DNA of 64,000 bases. Origin: Macrostomum lignano (lineage: Eukaryota). A program made the position numbers and the translations under genes. Below the pieces are notes generated by a model, which had not been told where the DNA came from, searched no databases, and was given only the letters and a program-made list of their open reading frames with translations. The stretch covers positions 35,923-99,922 of the forward strand of contig NIVC01002508.1 in assembly GCA_002269645.1 (NCBI GenBank). The letters run 5' to 3'. This document shows positions 56,107-64,000 of the stretch, piece by piece. Position 1 is the stretch's first letter, and each line of letters starts with the position of its first letter.

Positions 56107-59100
56107 TCATTTAATCTTCCCTTGAATTTTTATTTCTAAAGTTGCAGAAGACCCATCCGGATCGGGCCTATAGCTCAGCACTTGCTGCTGCTGCCCTCCC
56201 TGATCGATCTCATCGACGTCCAGACTCTGCGGCATGGCCCGGCCTCTGGTCTCGATAGGAAGCATCAGGGATAGACCGGCGCACCCGATGCCCACTAAAG
56301 CGAACGTGGCAAAGCCAGCAAACAAGCTCACGTCGGGCAGTACGACCTGAGCTACAAACGGGGCGCTCATGGAACCGAATCGAGCCATGGCGGAGCAGAT
56401 ACCGAGGCCGATGCTTCGAATTACGGTAGGGTACACCTGCAATGAATTAGAATTGAATTGAGCACCGCTTTAATGTTTATTCCACTTACAGATTAACAAA
56501 AGAAACTATCGAAAACACCAAAAGGTAAAGGTAATGACTGCAGGGGTCTTTGAGGGCTGTAAAGTTACCCTGAAGCAATACCTTCAATGAAATCTTTCCA
56601 CAACCATAGCTGACGGCAATATTTCTGTCCATTCCGCTGACTCCTGAACACATACAAGCTCTCGGATACTGAACGCAGGCACGGCACTCATACACGCTCA
56701 CACAGGATGTACAGCGGCTCCGACTTTCTAATCGTCAGGCATGTTGCACTCTCTGTGTCGTGGTGCTTGGCCCTTGGTTGTAAACCGGACGACACTGCCT
56801 CGAGGTGAATTTTCGTGCACACAAGCCCTAAGTGAAGGTGGCCGCGAGCGGAACCGACCATTGGTAATGGCGCGAGAGTCTGAGGCGGTTACCGCTGAGC
56901 AATAAAGTTTTACAGATAAAAAGCGGTGCAAAAGTTCGCTTGAACCGACCAGCCATTGTTTCGCTCAAAATTGCATATGCATAATTTAGTTTTCAATTAT
57001 TATCGACTGCACTTTAGGTGCAGAGGGATAAATGCGGGATAAATTTGTGCTAGTCAATGGAAATGGGTCAGTGGATTGGTCAATGGCGATTGACCGAACC
57101 TAATCGGTCAAAAAGAGGTAAAGAGATCTAGGGAACAAATCGATATGGCATGTGCATTAATTAACAACTCACAGATGTACCCCTATATGTATAGAAATTG
57201 TTGTGTTCTCCGCTTCTTTGATGAATTAGATTGAAGTCGTGAGACACCAATTACTGCGAGTTGTAAACTCAAAATGAGCTCTCGGCTCTCTCGTGCGCTA
57301 GCATATTTTTTCTGCTGGCGTTCGCTGGCTTCAAGCCTAATACCTGTAACGCGTGAATCCCCCAGCATGTCTATGGGAATATTTTAAGATAACAGTTAAA
57401 TAGATAAAATAGAGCCTACTCACCTCAGTAGTATAGATGTAATCGATTTTGAAAATGCCCCCAGCATGCGCTCTAGCCAGCAGAAGAAAAGCTGCCGATA
57501 CGCCGCTCGGGACACAGAGGCAGATCAGGCCGAAGAACACCCCATGAGCAGGTAGTTGATCGCCAGAGTCCACCGTCTACCCAACCAGTCAATGGTGAGA
57601 AGATTAAATGGAATTATTAAAAATTCGCCAAACGATGAGATAAACATAGCTTTGTAATCCTCCGCTTCGAGGCCTCTGCAGCAGGAGTTGTCTTTCACCA
57701 ACGAGGCGTTGCTAGCGACGCTCTCCGACCCCGGCAGCAGCGCCGGACCTCGGTCGCACTGCCGACGCAGCTGAGACATCTCCGAGCTGACCAGCACGAT
57801 GCCGTAGTAGGAGAAGGCGATGCCGAACCACAGACAGAAGAGGATTAGCGTTGTTCGGCGGTAGGACGTGTGAAACAGCGACCAGATGTGGCCTCGAGTT
57901 TCTGTCTGCAAAGTTTGGATCTGCTTTTTGTCTGCTCGTAAAAAGATTTCGACATGAGCAAGTATGGATTTGTCAACTTACCTCAGAGATACCTGCCGGT
58001 CGGCCCTTCATCAACGGTCGGCCATTCTCTCGTGCAATTTGGTCAATTACCTTAACTGCCTCATCCGCTTTTCCAGAAGCCAGCAAGAATCTTGCTGACT
58101 CCGGAAGGCACTGAAAAGTTTTAAAAGCGCGATAAAATAATATTTATCTTATTTATCAACACCAAAGCTTTTATGTTGAAGCTTTAAGCTTATGTTGAAG
58201 CTCAAGTTGAGGGCAGATCGAATGAGCTCTTACAAGTCTATCGATAGCTAACTTGAGAATAATTAGTTTAAAAAAATCACTAACCCAAAGCGATGGCAGC
58301 GTCAAGATCAGCGGCAGTGAAGAGAAGGCCACCAGGTATCTCCAGCCCAAAGTGGGCAGCACCAGGTAAGCCAGCAGGATCTCAAAGGTGGATCCAACAC
58401 CCCAGAACAGGTTGAAGAGGATGAGCACTTTGGCGCGGTGCCGCTGAGGCAGGTACTCGGACAGCAGGGTGAAGGATGTGGCGGCACCGCCGATGTTGAA
58501 GCCCACGATACCGCGAAGGCTGGCGAGCCAGAAGTAGTTCGGCGCGAACGAACAGAGCAGGCCGAAGTAGGCCATGAGGATGAAGCAGATGGCGGACACG
58601 CTCCAGCGACCCCGCTTGTCCGACACGGCGCCCCAGACAGGAGCTCCGAGCAGCATTCCAGCGAACACCACAGTGGTGATGCCGGCCACCTGAGCTGACG
58701 TCAGGCGCCAGTCGCAGCGGAGCGCGGGGCCCAGCACTGACAGTAGCAGCATCTCCATTGCGTCCGCTGCCTGGCATGGGTAGGGAAAGTGAAAATTTGG
58801 CTCATTTGCATACATAGCATCGGAAATGTGGAGCACAAATAAAATTGCATGTTAGTACATTAGCTGCAGAATCTGTTTAACACTTTATTCGTGAGCGTGA
58901 CGTTGGCAGCCAATAATGTGGTAAATTCGACAGATTTTCTTAGGCAAATTTAAAGTCCTTACAATTTAAAGAACTCACCGTCATGACTCCCGTGATAAAC
59001 AGGAGCTTGATTTGAAATTTTCCAAAGCCCAGCCTCTCCACCGCTTCTTCGACGGAGTAAAATTTATCTTCATTGTTGGAATTCGAATTCGAATCGAAGT

Positions 59101-59203
59101 TCTCAGAGTCCGAGTTAAGCTGCGTGTCTGCAGAAAAGTGTTTAATGAAGGTATTAGTGGACTTTGAATGCCTACCCCTGATTCTAGTCAGGCGCAAGGA
59201 CAT
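56107..59203 (-). CDS. SVOP: Synaptic vesicle 2-related protein (SVOP; MFS transporter), 6 exons, ~534 aa after correcting one apparent frameshift
   Basis: Exons 59203-59176 (tentative), 59127-58979, 58770-58285, 58110-57982, 57905-57424 and 56436-56107. Motifs YSVEEAVERLGFGKFQ, ADAMEMLLLS, SDKRGR, EYLP..RAK, LPESAR, WFGIAFSYYG, YIYTTEVYPT.IRS.GLG and LPIETRGR match human SVOP as recalled. Confidence 0.9.
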
Positions 59204-61927
59204 CCTGAACCGGATCTGGGCCAAGTAATCTTCACTACAGATTCAATTTTAGACACATGTAGCCTAACTCCATTTTTTGTTTATGATTTTGTGGTAGTTC
59301 TAGCTTTAACTTCAGGTTCTGGCTCACGGTCACTTTGATTCATTGTATCAGTCAAGTTGGTAATTAAGACGATCCAGTGAAGGATCAATTTCATTCGCTG
59401 CAGCAGTGCATTCGGCTAAGGACAATAAAGGTCAACCAAGAGGATATATCCAATAAAATTCAGGATTCTCTCCTTGGTTGTTTTTTAGCTAGATAGAGTC
59501 CTAAGCTCGGCTTTTATGCTATGAGAGATATTAGCTTGAAATTATGAGCTATCCACTTGATTGTGCATTTAATACTCACAAGCAACAGTTCGCAGTCTAG
59601 ATTCGTCTCCGTAAATTCGATGCACCGTTCCTGGTCTGCTGATTGGATGCATTGAAAAGCAAGTAGCAGTTCTTAATGAACTTGCAGCTTGAATTAAATA
59701 AACACGATCGAATGACTCACTTCGGAACCGTCTGCAGCTGATTTTTGCAGTTTATAGCATGCTCTCTGGTCATGGGTAGAGAATAATGGGTTGCCTTCTC
59801 TCCCGTATTGTGCTCACTGTGCACAGTGGGGAAGAGAATATTTCTATAGCACTAGAGCAAGCGCAGGGATCTCAATAGTTGTTGCTCGTTATTTTGTTCA
59901 AATTTTTACTTCGCTGGCCGGCTAGCTTTCTCGAATCGGAACTACTTTCATTTAGTGAGGGGGACAGAATTTGAACCTACTGTAAATGTACGCTCCTAAA
60001 TTACCATTGCCATTGGATTAAGGAAATGAAAAAAAATTCAGAATATTTGCTAACGCATCATACCCTTAGCTACTTAATTTCGTTCTCTAACATTCAGAGT
60101 TCAAGGGATCCTTCATTTGGAGCAAAATGACGAGTTGACCATGGTAAACGCTTTTTATATGTTTGCATGAAGAATAGGAGCGATAGTAATGCTATGTTAT
60201 GCCCCCCATTATATTACCACTTAATAATGTTTATGTTATCCCCACACCCCAGCTTTCATTGTGTTTTCCTGCCTAGAATGATGGAGACATGAATAGCGTC
60301 AAGAGGGGTTTGTGTCACACCTTATCTCGTGATTAGTATACCTTTTTGACGAAAAATGCCCTGAAAGAAGTCCTCAAAACATTTGAGACTTTGATATACC
60401 TAAAACCACAGCTTAAAGCGTTCACCATTCTTCAGTAACTCATAAACGTGCATGCCCTCAATCATTCTCATGTGACTATCGTCAAGTTTTAGTACAATTT
60501 TTCATAAATGGCTGTATTCTAGAGGGTCCTGATAATACACAATGAAAACATATTAAACTCAAAATACCAGAACTCAAAATAAACTCAAATCATAAAATGA
60601 CTTGGAAGATTTCCAATCACATTAAATCCGAATTTATCCCATTTCTCTCCATAAAGATCGCCAAATGCTGAAGTAGTCTGGTTTTCGGCATAACGGTAGC
60701 TTTTTGGCTCTAAATAGAGAGATTGGTGTAAAGAAATCGGCACCCAATGCTTCGGGCTCCATTTTGACTCTTTAAGTTCACATCTACTTTGAAGCTGAAA
60801 GAGCCCACCAACCCATGCGAGGCACGTTTATTCGTGAGACTCGTACAGTTCCTCCCCTGCTTCATTCCGCATGGCAACGACAGCTGGGAATCGCAGCATG
60901 GCAACTAACACATCGCTACACACAACTGTGGGGTTTAAGCATTGCCCGTAGGACCGAGCGCTGTTTTAACTCAGCTTAATGCATGCCGTAACATCAATCT
61001 AATATGCTACTCAAGCTGTTCTTATAGCGATGTGGAGAGAAGAACAGTCCTGCGAAAATTCTAATCTTTTCAAATTATCTAAATTCACAGTCTTCACTTT
61101 CGAGTTGAGGTATGAACCTGGACAGACTATGCAATAAGACGGACCAATTTGTCAAAGCAATCAATTTCATTAAAAATGAAGAGAAATCGAAGCAAAACGA
61201 TGGAGATTGGGACTCACTAGCACCAATACCGCTACGTCATCCACTAAAACGCCGTTCAGCATGTGCTACAGCCGGTCATTAGGATCGCTCCGGCATCACA
61301 ACGATGACCGAGCAATCGAAAAGTTGCATCTGGTCTGTGTATGTATGTCTCTGTCTCGCGACATTCAGTCCCATGTAGCTGAATATTAAATTTGTGCAAA
61401 GGCTCAATCGTGGTGTAGATGATAGAATACTGTATGAGATACCGTATGTATATCGATCAGTCCTGACCTAATCAGTTCTGTCCATGAATAGGCAATAGAT
61501 ATAACAAGCCGACGATAGCGCGAAAGTCACCTATATTTAGTGTGTGTAAAAATTTCTTGGCGTTGATCTTGTATGACCCCTTTCATCTGGTAAAACTCTA
61601 CTTGCACTAATCAACTACTACTTAAGATCAACAACAACTCTATAATAACAAAAACATGACGGTGATATTCAGTGCATTTGGTGAGTGCAAAGCGCTCGTG
61701 TCGCACAGTGGACCGTGATTTTCCTGGAATTCCATAACCTTATTGTTGTGTATGCGGCTAGCACACCGTCTTGGAGTGATAGTGCGCGTGGCGCCTTTGG
61801 ATTGGCTAGGTCTAGGCCAGGGGTGGGGTTTTGTTGTTTACGTGACTGACTAGCTAAATATATTAGTACGCACAGGCCTTTAAAAGCCTCATGTGTTGTT
61901 TTCCCAACCTTCTCACTTATTTCTCCG

Positions 61928-63590
61928 TTGTTCCTTTGGCCATGCTGCCTCATATCTAGCATTTCCGAGCCAAGCGTGTTTCTCGACCACCCAGGACAGC
62001 CAAAAACGCCTTGGAATCGTTGGATCGAAGAATTCAAGATCTACTTGGAAGCCTTGGACCTAAAAGAAGCATCAGAAGCACGAAAGAAAGCGATTCTTGT
62101 TCATCTGCTTGTCTAGGAGGGCCAGCGAATCTTCGCGCTGAGGAATCTGCCCACGGCTCGGGTCGACACCTTCGACAAGCTGGTGGAAGAGCTGAAGACA
62201 ATCTTCGGCCAGTCTCACAGCACCATCAACAACGACCGCTACAGATTCAAGTCACGCGCCCAGATGCCTGGTGAGCCGATTAGCCAGTTCGTTGACACCC
62301 TTCGCGAACTCGAAGCAGATTGGAATACGGCGCTCTTCGAGACCAGATTATCAGGGATCAGATCATTGAGAAGACCCATTCGGCGCGCATCAGAGAGCGA
62401 CTGCTCATGGAGAAGGTGCTTGAGCTGGAGACAGCCTCAGCCCTAGCGATTCAGGTCAAATCCGCCATTAACGACGCCAAGAAGCCGCGCGACGGCAAGA
62501 GCGACAAGGAGCATGAGTCTCGGATCCAGAAGGTCAGCCAGCGCCCGCCACGCAAGGGACCCAAGCACGCGACGCCGCAGAAATCCAGCTCGGACGAGCG
62601 ATGCGTCAATCGCGGAAGAGCTGGGCACGCCGCCCACGCCCCCGAGTGTCCAGCGAAAGACAATACCTGCCTGCACTGCCACTGGGTCGGTCATTTCAAG
62701 TCCTGTTGCCGACAGCGACGCAAGGTTCGCACCGTCAAGGACGACGACGACGATGGGCCATTCGAGGTGTCTGCGGTTCAGTGCGCAGCATCACTCTTCT
62801 AAACTTCGTGACTGCAGCATCGCCGTCATCGACGTAAAGCTCCTGTTGGACACTGGCTCAAGGTTCAACATCATCAACGAGAAGACCATGAAGCGCCTGC
62901 CGAAGCAACCCGTCATTCCGCCGACTCACAAAAAAGTTGCCGACTCGTCGTGTACCAGGGCAAGGCTGGAGTCTGCCGATTCTTTATCACGCGGCGAGGT
63001 GCCAACATCCTTGGTATCGGCGGGCATGGACAAGCTCGGATTCTCGATCCGCGGTCAAAAAGATCAGCGAGCGTTGAGGACATCGCCGAGGAGTTCCCAG
63101 GCATCTTGGCAGGGCCAAGAAGTTCTGCCATAGACCGCAACTGCGCCAGGATGCGACGCCGACGGTCGAGCCGCTGCGCCGGGTGCCGCTGGCGCTGTAG
63201 GACCGCGTGAAGGACGAATTGAACAAGATGGAAGCTGCAGGCGTCATTGCGAAGATCGACACGTCTCCCTGGGTGTCGAAGTTGGTCGTCTCCAAGAAGA
63301 AAAACGGCGACCTGCGACTCTGCGTCGACCTGCGAAACTGCAACCAGCCATCAAGCCGGACAAGTTCCCCGTGCCAACGCAGGAGGAGCTGACCGCCGAG
63401 TTTGCGGGCGCCCAGATGTTCGCCAAGTTGGACCTGAAGCAAAGCTACCTGCATATTCCGTTGCACCCCGGCAGCAGGCAGCTGACTGCCTTCATCACTC
63501 ACTGCGGTCTCTACCAGTTCACGAGAGTTCCCATTCGGTTCGTCCAGTTCCGGCGCCCGTTTCCAGAAGATCCTGCCAACCTTGTTTCTT
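61928..63590 (+). mobile_element. Degenerate, 3'-truncated Ty3/Gypsy LTR-retrotransposon gag-protease-RT fragment
   Basis: Gag WNRWIEEFKIYL...RYRFKSRAQMPGEPISQFVDTLREL, IRDQII..., CCHC knuckle CPAKDNTCLHCHWVGHFKSCCR; protease LLDTGS (~62849); RT PWVSKLVVSKKKNGDLRLCVDLR, FAKLDLKQSYLHIPL, TAFITHCGLYQFTRVPFG. Multiple stops and frameshifts; ends before YxDD. Confidence 0.92.
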
Positions 63591-64000
63591 TGGCTAACGC
63601 TGCCTCATACCTAAAACTTATATTTCATTTACTTTGTCTTACATTCTCGGCTCTTACATCGCTAATTTACACTCACCATCGGCAAGTCACTCCGTACTGG
63701 CCAATAGGAAATACCAGAGGTGAAGAGGTGAAACAGCGAACAGCATGTATGACGATCTTTTGAGACAGCGCTCGAGCCGGCAAGCATGGTGAAAATTCTT
63801 AAAAATGATGCAGGAAGAACGCTAAGGCAGAACTTTTCTCGTGTTTAAAAGTTGCGTTTCAAGGATGCAGCTCCAGGACAACAAGGAACTTATTTTCGGA
63901 GCTATCCCTAAGACTTTAGGCCGGGGAGGGAGGTAATTATTCACTAATAAACTAATTTATCCAATTGGTTATGTCTACGGCATAAATACTTGGTATATTA

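Noticed and set aside
60000-64000. LTRs or primer-binding site for the Gypsy fragment
   Set aside because: No TG...CA long direct repeats and no convincing PBS adjacent to gag seen.

Overview
Eukaryotic (metazoan) genomic DNA: AT-rich intergenic and intronic sequence, GT-AG introns, GC3-rich exons and many minisatellite arrays. The style is reminiscent of a free-living flatworm such as Macrostomum, but that is only an impression. The left third is a transposon nest. It holds an apparently complete 11,353-bp EnSpm/CACTA (CMC) DNA transposon (3481-14833; 30-bp CCCAG TIRs, 2-bp AT TSD) with an intact 638-aa transposase and an intact 5-exon DUF4806-type gene. The same element carries tRNA-like Pol III heads that each lead into a tandem array. 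Next is a ~1000-codon NOF-FB/MULE-like transposase broken by a single TAG, followed by several MITEs with readable TIRs and TSDs. The right two thirds hold three host genes reconstructed exon by exon: a PIP kinase (type II/PIP4K-like, +), a synaptotagmin (TM-C2A-C2B, +) and SVOP (MFS transporter, -, with a 1-base homopolymer frameshift). The window ends in a decayed Ty3/Gypsy gag-pol fragment. Most long ORFs in the supplied track over repeats are artefacts. No CRISPR array, rRNA or intact tRNA was found. All alignments were done by eye and no databases were searched.
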